From positions 1 to 64,000 of the IMG/VR virus record IMGVR_UViG_3300031414_000009: a stretch of 64,000 nt of DNA. One strand, given 5' to 3'. The DNA is from a virus. Of the stretch, positions 9,409 through 18,350 are shown one piece after another. Below the pieces are notes generated by a model. That model had not been told where the DNA came from. It did not search any database and worked only from the letters and a program-made list of their open reading frames with translations. Numbering within the stretch: the stretch's first letter is position 1; every line of letters starts with the position of its first letter. A program made the position numbers and the translations under genes.

Positions 9409-9915
9409 CTATGCCACCCGGTGGTTATGGTAAGGTACGGGTTCCGCAGCCTTGGAGATCGTTTTATCGTATTCCACGAGCAAAAGGTCATATGGCCCCA
9501 CAGCAAGCTCTTGGAATATTTTAATAATCTCACGGGGAGATCCTTTCGCCGCACCAGCACCGATCATTGGTATAGTGAGTACCTGACCGTTAGCTTCAAG
9601 ACTGTGAGCTAATGCTGCATCTACAGCTTCGTAGATTCTACCTAGCTGTGCAGATACGTCATAGTGCGAATACGTGTATTGGGTATATAGGTTGTAGCCT
9701 ATTCCCCATTCGAAATCACACAGTGAGAATGTGCCTAGCTTATTCTTATCTCCACGTTTTGTGGCCATGTCTGCTTCATACAGAGCAGGTAGTCTTCGCT
9801 TAACCTGTTGTGCAATCCCTAAGCCCATCTTACAAAAACAATTACAACCATGGGCGAAGTTAGTTCGATACTGTTGGGCAACGCTTATCGCATCACCGCG
9901 AGTAACGTAGAGCAT
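9409..9915 (-). CDS. Macrodomain (ADP-ribose binding/hydrolase) protein
   Basis: GD...HGCNCFCKMGLGIA, NLYTQ, PMIGAG motifs typical of phage macrodomains. Confidence 0.85.
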   Translation of the reverse strand: MLYVTRGDAISVAQQYRTNFAHGCNCFCKMGLGIAQQVKRRLPALYEADMATKRGDKNKLGTFSLCDFEWGIGYNLYTQYTYSHYDVSAQLGRIYEAVDAALAHSLEANGQVLTIPMIGAGAAKGSPREIIKIFQELAVGPYDLLLVEYDKTISKAAEPVPYHNHRVA

Positions 9916-10145
9916 TAACTGAGTCCTATGCCGTTTGCCCTATTACAAACAATGTCGCACTTAGGATCGTATTCCTCACGGGGGAACTGACCATGCCACT
10001 CACCTGGGACTTGCTCACCGTCCACAATGTTGTCTCGACAACGGGAACATAAGAACGTTCCTGGAGGCAACGCCACTGCATCAGGACTAGCTAAATCCGT
10101 GTCGTCTACGCATCCACAATTATCGCAACAAAATAACATGATCAT
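9915..10145 (-). CDS. Small zinc-finger protein
   Basis: CDNC...CSRC; GGAGG SD. Confidence 0.65.
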   Translation of the reverse strand: MIMLFCCDNCGCVDDTDLASPDAVALPPGTFLCSRCRDNIVDGEQVPGEWHGQFPREEYDPKCDIVCNRANGIGLS

Positions 10146-10225
10146 ATCCTCCGATTAAGTACGCTGTGTCGTAATATAGTACAAAATGAAAAAGGAATAT
10201 AAGAGGGGACCGAAGTCCCCTCTAT

Positions 10226-10663
10226 TTAGTCTGCCAACAGTTTTTCAACTTGTTGACCAAAGCCTACGGTGGAGAAGGTCTGACCGTCGAAGTTTACAAC
10301 ACTGTATTCTGGGCGAACTAACTGCGCAACCAGTTTGGATGCACTGGTATAGTCAACTGGAGTGTAAGCCGTATTTTGCTTGCCTTCCATACAGAACTTC
10401 TTAAAGGCGATCTCTTGCCCATTGACGACATACGACTTGTAGACGTCTTGTGCAAAATCACAACGTGCTGGTTGGTTTGCTGGGTAATAATAGAAAGCTA
10501 AGCCACGGTCATTCTTTTCACTGACGACCGTGGTTAGTTCTAATTGTGCGCCAGAATTATCGCTGGTAACGCCGACGGTGCCGGTATCGATTGTTTTCCA
10601 CTCATTGGCATAAGCGGTAGCGGACAGAGACAGAACAACCAGAGCAATCAGTGACTTCTTCAT
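10226..10663 (-). CDS. Exported protein with signal peptide
   Basis: MKKSLIALVVLSLSATAYA; one Cys pair. Confidence 0.75.
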   Translation of the reverse strand: MKKSLIALVVLSLSATAYANEWKTIDTGTVGVTSDNSGAQLELTTVVSEKNDRGLAFYYYPANQPARCDFAQDVYKSYVVNGQEIAFKKFCMEGKQNTAYTPVDYTSASKLVAQLVRPEYSVVNFDGQTFSTVGFGQQVEKLLAD

Positions 10664-10681
10664 TTTACTTCCTTATTAGAG

Positions 10682-10981
10682 TTAATTTAACGCGTCACCC
10701 AGACGGGCGCGCAGTACGTTTATGGAACGTTCAATATCGGGGGCTGTGGCTATATTAAAGCAAATGTTCTTCACGGTAGGGTGTGCAGCTTCATTACCTT
10801 TGCGAATAGCCAAATTCCGTAAGGTTTGTTCGTCTGCATCATTTAGGATAGCCAAACTCATGATGTTGAGTATGTCCCCGATCGTGTTCACTACATCCAC
10901 TGTTTCATCCCGGCCCATCCGGGGCTTTTTAGCCCCGGTAGGACTGGCAGTGCGTTTCTTCTTACTGCCCTTCTTCGACAT
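10682..10981 (-). CDS. Hypothetical protein, basic N-terminus
   Basis: ORF from MSKKG. Confidence 0.65.
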   Translation of the reverse strand: MSKKGSKKKRTASPTGAKKPRMGRDETVDVVNTIGDILNIMSLAILNDADEQTLRNLAIRKGNEAAHPTVKNICFNIATAPDIERSINVLRARLGDALN

Positions 10982-11591
10982 GGCGTTTACCCAACATCTC
11001 ATCGAAAACTTTGTTCAGTTCCAGATGGCGATTGTCACGGATGCCTTTGTATTTAACCGTGATGGTCATGGCATCAGTACCTTTGGCAACCAGGAACTGT
11101 GACGAATACTGCTCACCCAGCTCAGCGATCTTATCCATCATGTCTGCGAAGTGATACAGATGTGACGGCTCAGCCTGATCAACCAACAGATAGGTCAGCT
11201 TGATATCTTTACGCAGTGAAGGCATGAAGGTCTTCGACGCATACTCATGTACAATGTTCACACGAGCAAGAACCGCATTACCTTCAAAGTCGGCCACCGT
11301 GGAGACCACACCTAACACCTGCCACTTAGCGGCGGTGAAGCCGGTGAACGCCTGCTCATTAGGGATCATCAGCAGACGCGGTGTGAAGTTATACATCTGA
11401 CGCCAGAACTCAGACAGGTCGAACTCAGGCTTATCGTGCAGAACGGTGTAGCGCTCAACCTTAGCGTGCTCGATCTGAATCAGCGCTTCGCCGCCAGCTG
11501 CTTCAACGATCTCTACCGCAGTCGCATCTTCCAGCAGAACTTTCAGAGAGATTGGGGTAAGGCTATTCAGAACAACGTCAACTACTTTCAT
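10962..11591 (-). CDS. Hypothetical protein
   Basis: 209 aa ORF, biased codon usage. Confidence 0.75.
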   Translation of the reverse strand: MKVVDVVLNSLTPISLKVLLEDATAVEIVEAAGGEALIQIEHAKVERYTVLHDKPEFDLSEFWRQMYNFTPRLLMIPNEQAFTGFTAAKWQVLGVVSTVADFEGNAVLARVNIVHEYASKTFMPSLRKDIKLTYLLVDQAEPSHLYHFADMMDKIAELGEQYSSQFLVAKGTDAMTITVKYKGIRDNRHLELNKVFDEMLGKRHVEEGQ

Positions 11592-12088
11592 TTAATGCTC
11601 CCTATTTGCCGGCATTCATCCAGCAGGATATCGAAATTAATGGGTTCGTGGGTTTTAGTAATAGCTGCTGTCTTTGGCGCAAACGAATCCGTACCAAAGA
11701 CTAGACCGCTTTTAACATGAACATTGGGGCGGTATGTAAATATCCACCTATCTCCAATGGTAATATATATCCCACGTTTTAATGGAACGTTCCTGGCGCG
11801 GTTGGCACCAAAGCCCAGCTGACCGTCCTGGTACCATACGAGTTCGTCATTATGGCACTCGGCGTATTTACGCAGGCACATCTTAATCAGACCATCGCGT
11901 CGCCACTTATCGGCGTAGTCACCTAACCCAAACAAAACCACCGAGTTCTTAAAAGCAGCAATAACAACATCACCGTATACGTGGTATTCTCGAGTTAGGG
12001 TTACAATGGCACCGCTAGATGTTTCCGCCGAAATCTCCCTCAGAGACCCGCACGGTATCATTGACAGGGACACTGAGCTTTTCGCCAT
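11588..12088 (-). CDS. Hypothetical protein
   Basis: ORF. Confidence 0.65.
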   Translation of the reverse strand: MAKSSVSLSMIPCGSLREISAETSSGAIVTLTREYHVYGDVVIAAFKNSVVLFGLGDYADKWRRDGLIKMCLRKYAECHNDELVWYQDGQLGFGANRARNVPLKRGIYITIGDRWIFTYRPNVHVKSGLVFGTDSFAPKTAAITKTHEPINFDILLDECRQIGSIK

Positions 12089-12686
12089 TTTCGTCTTTTT
12101 CCATTTTGATCAACATGTTGTACGCCAGAAATGCGCGGGTCAACATCGCCTCGCGCTGGTAGCCGTTGCCAGGCAAGTAAGCCGTAGCCGCACGGCGGAT
12201 GTGCTCACACAGTGGTGTACCTTCACCCCACCATTTATAGGCTTCGATGCTTGCCTCTAATTCTTCATCAGTGAAGTGGTGTTTGGGGGAGAGCTGCATT
12301 ACCACACTGAGATCGTTCAGGTAACCCAGCACACCATGATCGGTATAGAGATGGTCCGGGATATCCATCAGTCCCGTACCAAGACTGATTACTTTCGAAT
12401 AGGTAAGTGCTCTCACTACTTCGCTTTTCATCAGGGTGAACTGAAGAACGCTATCGAATTTCAGGACTACAATGTCGCCAATCCAACTGTCCTGAACATC
12501 GACGTCGATATCGCGATCAACCAAACCCATCGCTGACAGCAACCCGTTAAGGTATTCGCGCACCGGAGTTACACGAATATAACTCTCTGGCAGTTCGTAG
12601 CTCAATTCTTTCGATTCGTTAATGATGCCTTGAACTAACTCAGCCATTTTGCGCTGGATCTTTAAGTAATCTTCGTTGGTTTCCAT
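12015..12686 (-). CDS. Hypothetical protein
   Basis: ORF with AAGGA SD. Confidence 0.7.
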   Translation of the reverse strand: METNEDYLKIQRKMAELVQGIINESKELSYELPESYIRVTPVREYLNGLLSAMGLVDRDIDVDVQDSWIGDIVVLKFDSVLQFTLMKSEVVRALTYSKVISLGTGLMDIPDHLYTDHGVLGYLNDLSVVMQLSPKHHFTDEELEASIEAYKWWGEGTPLCEHIRRAATAYLPGNGYQREAMLTRAFLAYNMLIKMEKDENGEKLSVPVNDTVRVSEGDFGGNI

Positions 12687-12708
12687 TTTGGTTCCTTAAT
12701 TGAGAAAG

Positions 12709-12820
12709 GGCATAAGGGGTACCCAATTAAGGGTACCCCTAGCGGCAGCGTAAGTAATGGAGGTGAGGGTCAGCGCGTGAGGTCGCTTTACTGCAATTGA
12801 GGGATTACAGTTTTCTCCAT
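12709..12820 (-). ncRNA. Candidate sRNA/leader with three CCUCA motifs
   Basis: TTAC-N16-TATG promoter at 12818-12841; multibranch fold; terminator GGGGTACCC..GGGTACCCC-TTATGCC. Confidence 0.55.
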
Positions 12821-12857
12821 ATAATACAGGCATTTATGTAATTTTTTACAAACTGGG

Positions 12858-13280
12858 TTAACTGGTAGTTGCTGCTATGCCGGTGCAATGGAGAAATCTC
12901 CGCCACAGACTGTAGTTGATTTTATCGTGATCCATCAACCAGTTCATGGTAGAGATTAAATCTGAGGTTTCATCCCAGACAACATAGTCTCTCCGCATGC
13001 AGAAACCTTCCTCTAACAGTCCAGCCAGTCTTCGTATTGCGATGAGATCGGTCATATACTCAGGTACGAGCAAACGACGAATCGCTTTTGTAATACGACG
13101 TTTTGCGGCGAGATTCCAAAAGGGTGTGGCACCACGAATCATGCTGAAGGCTTCAGTAAACTCCCCTACACTGATTCGTGTTAAGACCAATTCCGCTTCG
13201 TCGTCGCACAAGCGAGTGTCGGCCATTAAAATCTGATACGTGGCATTGCGAATACCTTGCACCTCTGAGTCACGTAACAT
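12858..13280 (-). CDS. Hypothetical protein
   Basis: ORF with AAGGAG SD. Confidence 0.7.
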   Translation of the reverse strand: MLRDSEVQGIRNATYQILMADTRLCDDEAELVLTRISVGEFTEAFSMIRGATPFWNLAAKRRITKAIRRLLVPEYMTDLIAIRRLAGLLEEGFCMRRDYVVWDETSDLISTMNWLMDHDKINYSLWRRFLHCTGIAATTS

Positions 13281-13295
13281 GGCACACTCCTTGTT

Positions 13296-13982
13296 TTATT
13301 CGCTAAGGATAGCTTCGATTAACTCACGACGTGGTGTAACCACGCGCATAAATAAAGCACCGGGGTCGTCTTCGTCCTGAGCACTGACCGTGTAGCCAAT
13401 AAACTCATCGGTTGCTTTGCACACTACCGCATCTTCGATGCCATCGATTTCGAGAAATGCTTCGCTATCGTAAAGCGACTCAACCTGCAACAGTTCAATA
13501 TGGGACTGTTGCAAACGCGCCAACAGACCACCTGTTTTATCAACCAGTACCTCAGCGCGTAAAAGTGGTGTCTTACCACCTGCAACAAGTTCGTGATAGA
13601 TATTGAAGGCATCAGACTCGTTCTCTAACCCTATTTCAATATTTAATGTGACCGGTTGGGATGACAACATACTTGAGGTCATCGCGGTATGCGAACTAGG
13701 TCTGCTAACGGTGGCCTGGAATACTAAAGCATACCCATTTTCAAACTCGTTTCTGTAACTAACCCGGTGGATAGGTTGTGCTACACCAAAGGACATCTCT
13801 CCCACACACTCGCCATCCTTAAAGATAGCGGCGTACTCAGGGCGACTTTGGTCCTGAATCACGCGGTAGCCAGATAACGACCCAACGATGGTTTTAACCT
13901 GGGTGTCGATCTGCGGGGATTCCATAAAACCAGAACTGAAACCAAATGGTCCACCCATAGCTATAGCTGTAATGTCTTGCAT
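13296..13982 (-). CDS. Hypothetical protein
   Basis: Start MQDI at 13982 after GAGG. Confidence 0.7.
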   Translation of the reverse strand: MQDITAIAMGGPFGFSSGFMESPQIDTQVKTIVGSLSGYRVIQDQSRPEYAAIFKDGECVGEMSFGVAQPIHRVSYRNEFENGYALVFQATVSRPSSHTAMTSSMLSSQPVTLNIEIGLENESDAFNIYHELVAGGKTPLLRAEVLVDKTGGLLARLQQSHIELLQVESLYDSEAFLEIDGIEDAVVCKATDEFIGYTVSAQDEDDPGALFMRVVTPRRELIEAILSE

Positions 13983-13992
13983 TTCTAACCTC

Positions 13993-14382
13993 TTAAATTG
14001 TTGGTTTCCATACCGGAACTTTACGCATACACTCAAAATCGTTTCTGTGGCGATAATAAGCAGTAAGTCTTGCCACAAGGCACGCAGTGTATTTAACCAC
14101 GTCCAATAACTTATCTCGAGACATTGCGGTGACGATGTCTTTTGCTAATAAGTCAATAGGCTTACCCTCGTCCATACCTGGACCACCGATAATGTCGGGG
14201 AGATCCCCTTCGACCTTTCCTGCGGCTAATAACCTAGCTTTGCAGTAGCTACCCACGACCTCTAACTTGTCAAGGCAAACGCCTATCGTTGATTCGTCGG
14301 GTATGCCGATTAGATCTATTTTTTCGCAATGCTTAACAAGCGAGCGAGCAGCATTGAATGAATTTACGTCAAGATAGTTCAC
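13993..14382 (-). CDS. Hypothetical protein
   Basis: ORF. Confidence 0.6.
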   Translation of the reverse strand: MNYLDVNSFNAARSLVKHCEKIDLIGIPDESTIGVCLDKLEVVGSYCKARLLAAGKVEGDLPDIIGGPGMDEGKPIDLLAKDIVTAMSRDKLLDVVKYTACLVARLTAYYRHRNDFECMRKVPVWKPTI

Positions 14383-14735
14383 GATTGGGCCTCAAGCACA
14401 CTGAGGGCAGTAGATAACCGTATAGTCATAATTCCGGCTAGCTGTTGTGCCCGCAATTGATGTTTAACTGATTTCGTGGCTTCCAGTAAATGTTTCTTAA
14501 ACTCTTCAGCGAGTAAATCCAACGGAAAGTCACGCAGCCCGGCGAAGTAAGCAACCTCTGCCATATTTTGAGCTGTTGCAATCTTACAATTGGGAATCTG
14601 TACCCCAGCACTAGCTTGAACCACTGAAACCAGACAGGCACGAAGTAGTTCCGGCGTGTAGTTCATTTGGGCATCGGCAATGCGGAGTCGAATTATTAGT
14701 TTGTCAGCAATAACGACGGTTCTGTAATCACTCAA
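14379..14735 (-). CDS. Hypothetical protein
   Basis: TTG start after AAGGAG. Confidence 0.65.
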   Translation of the reverse strand: MSDYRTVVIADKLIIRLRIADAQMNYTPELLRACLVSVVQASAGVQIPNCKIATAQNMAEVAYFAGLRDFPLDLLAEEFKKHLLEATKSVKHQLRAQQLAGIMTIRLSTALSVLEAQS

Positions 14736-14739
14736 AATT

Positions 14740-14961
14740 ATGACTCCTTTTAGCGGTGGCTTACGGCCACCTAAATGGAATGGGTTGCCTTTAAACGTCC
14801 AGACATACCGTTAGTCAACAAGTGACTAACTAAAAGGATAGATACTACGTATCTAATTAGTTTATAGTAAAATTCTCCCTTTGTTTGGCGTTTGTTTTGT
14901 CGCTCTACCCTTTCGAGTAGAGCGTGTCGCAATTAAGCATAGAATCATGCTAGGCCAGTAA
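14740..14961 (-). promoter_or_regulatory. Class II promoter plus ~200-nt multi-hairpin leader
   Basis: TTAC-N16-TATG at 14938-14961; four inverted repeats downstream. Confidence 0.45.
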
Positions 14962-14965
14962 AGAA

Positions 14966-16027
14966 TTACTTTGTACTCGCAAAGCGTTTCATCACAGCCT
15001 GAGCACGATTATCCGTTACCGCAAACTTACCTAATGTCCGTAACACAGACACGAGTTCCATTTGCGAATAGTGTTTGAGAGAATCGCCATAATAGTCGAA
15101 TACACCTCCGTCACGAATACCCGCTTTCCGCATTGCTACAGCAGCCGGGTTTTTGTTGGTATGTCGACGCACCACTGATATAAAATCAGCAATTGCCATG
15201 CGACTACCGTCAAGGTACTTGGACACGTAGTGTGCTGACTTCAATACATCACGAGACTTATTGTCGCACACGGTCATCAACGCGATTACATCGCGGATTG
15301 TCATCGTATCTACCATCTCGATGGGTAGCGTTGACTTATATTTAAGCCAATCGTAGATGACGTTCATGTTACCTATCAGTGACATTGAGCTAGGCGCGCG
15401 CGCCCACGCACGCACCTTAGCGTATGCTTCAGTTCCAACCATTTGCTCCAACGACAGACCGGTGTGTTGTTCTAAGAACACATCGCCTGAGTCAAAGCGC
15501 CCGTTGATAACGAATTCCATGAATGAGGATAACTCAATCAAGTATCCGTTGGCAGACATCACTAGCTTGGACAAGACCACCAGAACATCGTTACTGTAGG
15601 TCGTAGGAATGATGATGATATCAGAATTCAATCCTACCTTCGCTAGTGCCTTGTTCATCGTTGCGTGCTCTTCCTGGTTCTTGGGGACAGGCCAGAAGAG
15701 GATGTCGGGTTCGGAAACCCCAACCTGTAGCTCAACATTGACGCCGGCGGGTTTACGATCAACGATTTCGATGATGTCGATTTCTGGCTCAGTCGGGTCA
15801 TCAACTTCAGACCAATCAGTGTACTGACCAATATCGATTTGCGGGAACAGCTCTTCCCCTACTGTTACATCCACCCAATCACTCTGAGTTGAGTCGGATG
15901 CATTGCCCGGCTTTGCCTTAGGCGTAGTTGTTTCGTCATCGATCATGGTGACAGCGTACATTGCTAATGACGCTAGTGTCGTTGCAATCGCAACCCCGAT
16001 CGTTGAAACCACAAGTTGTCTATTCAC
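14966..16027 (-). CDS. Hypothetical membrane-anchored protein
   Basis: N-terminal hydrophobic helix, acidic linker. Confidence 0.7.
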   Translation of the reverse strand: MNRQLVVSTIGVAIATTLASLAMYAVTMIDDETTTPKAKPGNASDSTQSDWVDVTVGEELFPQIDIGQYTDWSEVDDPTEPEIDIIEIVDRKPAGVNVELQVGVSEPDILFWPVPKNQEEHATMNKALAKVGLNSDIIIIPTTYSNDVLVVLSKLVMSANGYLIELSSFMEFVINGRFDSGDVFLEQHTGLSLEQMVGTEAYAKVRAWARAPSSMSLIGNMNVIYDWLKYKSTLPIEMVDTMTIRDVIALMTVCDNKSRDVLKSAHYVSKYLDGSRMAIADFISVVRRHTNKNPAAVAMRKAGIRDGGVFDYYGDSLKHYSQMELVSVLRTLGKFAVTDNRAQAVMKRFASTK

Positions 16028-16386
16028 ACTTCACCTCCTAAGGTGTATGGGATTTTATACGCCTTGCATACTGCGATCAGGTACTCCACCAGTAAGTGGC
16101 GGTGACAGAACTTGCCGGCCTTGCAGTAGCAGGCAATAGCAATCTTATCCTTAGATAGCAGTGCAAGCCACTCGTCCTTGTTTTTCAAAAAGGACTGGCG
16201 CATGAGTTCATGATAAACTTCTGTATAAGCGGCTTCGGATATCACACCAGACTTAACATCCATTACGATGCTCCAAGTAGGCGCAAACGCAGGAAGGCCA
16301 TCTTTTACAGTCGTGTTGATTAACTCAATACCCAGCTCCTTGCACTTTCTCCACTGTGCAATCTGAACTGTGTATATCGTTACCAT
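16024..16386 (-). CDS. DUF488-family protein
   Basis: IYT, FAPTW, Y..LM, ACYCKAGKFCHRHLL. Confidence 0.75.
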   Translation of the reverse strand: MVTIYTVQIAQWRKCKELGIELINTTVKDGLPAFAPTWSIVMDVKSGVISEAAYTEVYHELMRQSFLKNKDEWLALLSKDKIAIACYCKAGKFCHRHLLVEYLIAVCKAYKIPYTLGGEV

Positions 16387-16535
16387 TCTGAGTTGTCGGG
16401 TTCGTCTGGGTCAGTGAATGGACGCGTGAAATCGCTGGCACCTTCTACTTGCTGCTCGATCCACGCCATACGTTCGTCGAAGTCCGGTAGACGCTCGTTC
16501 AGTTCCTGGTGATACTGTTCGGCTTCTCGACACAT
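16380..16535 (-). CDS. Small acidic protein (51 aa)
   Basis: MCREAEQY...; GAGG SD; overlaps next start. Confidence 0.55.
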   Translation of the reverse strand: MCREAEQYHQELNERLPDFDERMAWIEQQVEGASDFTRPFTDPDEPDNSEW

Positions 16536-16583
16536 TTTACTATACCTCTGTTAAATAAGTAATTTTTTACTTTATTGGTTTAT

Positions 16584-16775
16584 GATTTGAGAGAAATGCT
16601 CTCGATGGTTGACACAACACGCATGCAGCAGCAGACGCTAGCAGCAATGCAGATGTTGACCAGTTGTAGGGGGCGGCTCCTGTGATCATTGCCTGATGAC
16701 AGGCGCTTGAGATATCGGGAAGCCGCCACCACACGAAGACAATTGGGGAGCACCTTCGGGTGTTCCTCTTATGCC
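16584..16775 (+). ncRNA. Candidate structured RNA with tRNA-like acceptor stem + ACCA
   Basis: Three hairpins with G-U pairs valid only on + strand; GGCGGCT/AGCCGCC-ACCA; UUCG terminator + TTATGCC. Confidence 0.55.
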
Positions 16776-16825
16776 CTCACTCTAATAATGTGTATCTGTA
16801 ATTACACTGACCCTGAGGAGGGCGT

Positions 16826-17386
16826 ATGCGAGTACTGTGGTACTTAAGTTGGATACCATTAGCCATAATGGCTGTGGTCACGGGGTTGCTTGCTTACCCC
16901 TTCGTTCCCATTGCAGTTCTGTTCCGTAAAAGGGAGAGGTTGCCGTGGATATTCTGGTGGCTGGAAACGTACGACAACCCGATCTACGGGGAACCGTCGC
17001 ATATCCGGCGCTGGGAAAACTTTGTAGCCGCACATCCAAAGATAGGACCCTATGTACAGCGGGTCGCGTGGCTCTGGCGCAACAAAGCATATAACTTTGA
17101 CTATTGGATCTGTGGGCGGGAATTCAGTGGTCCGTTCCGATTGTGGGGTAATCCGGGCGTAGAGTCAGGTTCACCAGTGGTGAGCGAAGGCTATGTGTTC
17201 ATACTCACTCCCAAGACCTGGTGTCTCTTTGCATTCTTGCCGATCGTTAAGGTAGGCGACTACCAGTACTACCTCAGGCTGTACTTAGGGTGGAAAACTA
17301 AGAAACTTGGTTCTCACCCAGAAGCCCATGAACGGGGTATGTTGGCAAGCCACGTCAATCCGTTCAGGCGGATAAAAATAAAATAG
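16826..17386 (+). CDS. Conserved phage membrane protein
   Basis: Hydrophobic N-terminus, WLWRNKAYNF, RLYLGWK; GAGGAGG SD. Confidence 0.75.
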   Translation: MRVLWYLSWIPLAIMAVVTGLLAYPFVPIAVLFRKRERLPWIFWWLETYDNPIYGEPSHIRRWENFVAAHPKIGPYVQRVAWLWRNKAYNFDYWICGREFSGPFRLWGNPGVESGSPVVSEGYVFILTPKTWCLFAFLPIVKVGDYQYYLRLYLGWKTKKLGSHPEAHERGMLASHVNPFRRIKIK

Positions 17387-17395
17387 CGCATAGTT

Positions 17396-17430
17396 ACCCT
17401 CTACCCCGCAAAGGGTAGAGGGTTTATGCC
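17396..17430. terminator. Bidirectional terminator
   Basis: ACCCTCTACCC/GGGTAGAGGGT-TTATGCC. Confidence 0.75.
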
Positions 17431-17431
17431 G

Positions 17432-18301
17432 TTAGAGCTGTGCTGCACTCAATGATTTCAACAGCAACTCATAATCGCTGTGCTCTTCAAATGCGTCCAG
17501 GATATCCAGAAGTTCGGTCGGGAACCGTTGGAGTCCTTCACTATACCCGCAGGCCAAGGTAAGGATGTTATTGCGTTTCTCTTCGCAATCAGCGTATTGG
17601 TCTACATTCCACAACACAATGCTTGCCGCATTAATGGCCGTGTAAACATCATGACCGAAGTTATGGTCCCGACCATGCAGGTCAATCAACCCTGCAATAT
17701 TTGTCGATGTAAGGCCCTTAGAGGCCGTTATCTTTTTAGCCAGGGCAAACATTCGATCGTTAGCTTTGCAGAGCGTACGGGACGACTCAAGCTGTCGTGG
17801 CGTAGTAAACACGTTGAAATGCCGCCGGTCATCACCACGGGTGAACCGAGGGTATGTGCCGCCATCAAGTGGTCGACAAACAGTACCTTTGACAACACGC
17901 GGTTTAGCGGTATCGGTCATGTTATCGGCGGTTACGCGACGAGTAATGAACGTGTTCATTTTCTCCAGTAACTCAGTCCAACCGTTCTTGAAGTTGTCCG
18001 CAATTTCACACGACGGGAACATCACGCTATCCAACGTACCGTCATAGTTAGCAACTACCCAGTTCCCAGCTAACAGGATAGAGCGCGCGCAGGTTTGACA
18101 GTGACGGTAGTGCTCAGCCTCCGGTTCGTCGGGTAGTTGAGTATAGAAATAATGAAGGATAGCTTTTGTATCCAGTGGGACGGTGCAGTAAGGCAACTGA
18201 ACGCCTTCCTCATCAGTATCCCACATCGCCATCTGCCCGTGCATGATAATAGCGTGAAGTTCGTCTGGACCCACGTTCTCAATTTTAGTTTGTTCTGACA
18301 T
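17432..18301 (-). CDS. Hypothetical protein with H-x-x-H-CxxC motif
   Basis: HYRHCQTC. Confidence 0.7.
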   Translation of the reverse strand: MSEQTKIENVGPDELHAIIMHGQMAMWDTDEEGVQLPYCTVPLDTKAILHYFYTQLPDEPEAEHYRHCQTCARSILLAGNWVVANYDGTLDSVMFPSCEIADNFKNGWTELLEKMNTFITRRVTADNMTDTAKPRVVKGTVCRPLDGGTYPRFTRGDDRRHFNVFTTPRQLESSRTLCKANDRMFALAKKITASKGLTSTNIAGLIDLHGRDHNFGHDVYTAINAASIVLWNVDQYADCEEKRNNILTLACGYSEGLQRFPTELLDILDAFEEHSDYELLLKSLSAAQL

Positions 18302-18350
18302 TTTGATTCCTTAGGGGCAAAAGATGGGAGACCGAAGTCTCCCTGGGTTT

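Noticed and set aside
12788-12820. 10-codon leaderless ORF MEKTVIPQLQ
   Set aside because: No SD; its ATG overlaps the promoter TATG element and is paired in the predicted stem
16672-16731. Canonical tRNA or tmRNA
   Set aside because: Only 60 nt, no GTTCRA T-loop or D-arm, no tag ending in AA; kept only as a tRNA-like candidate
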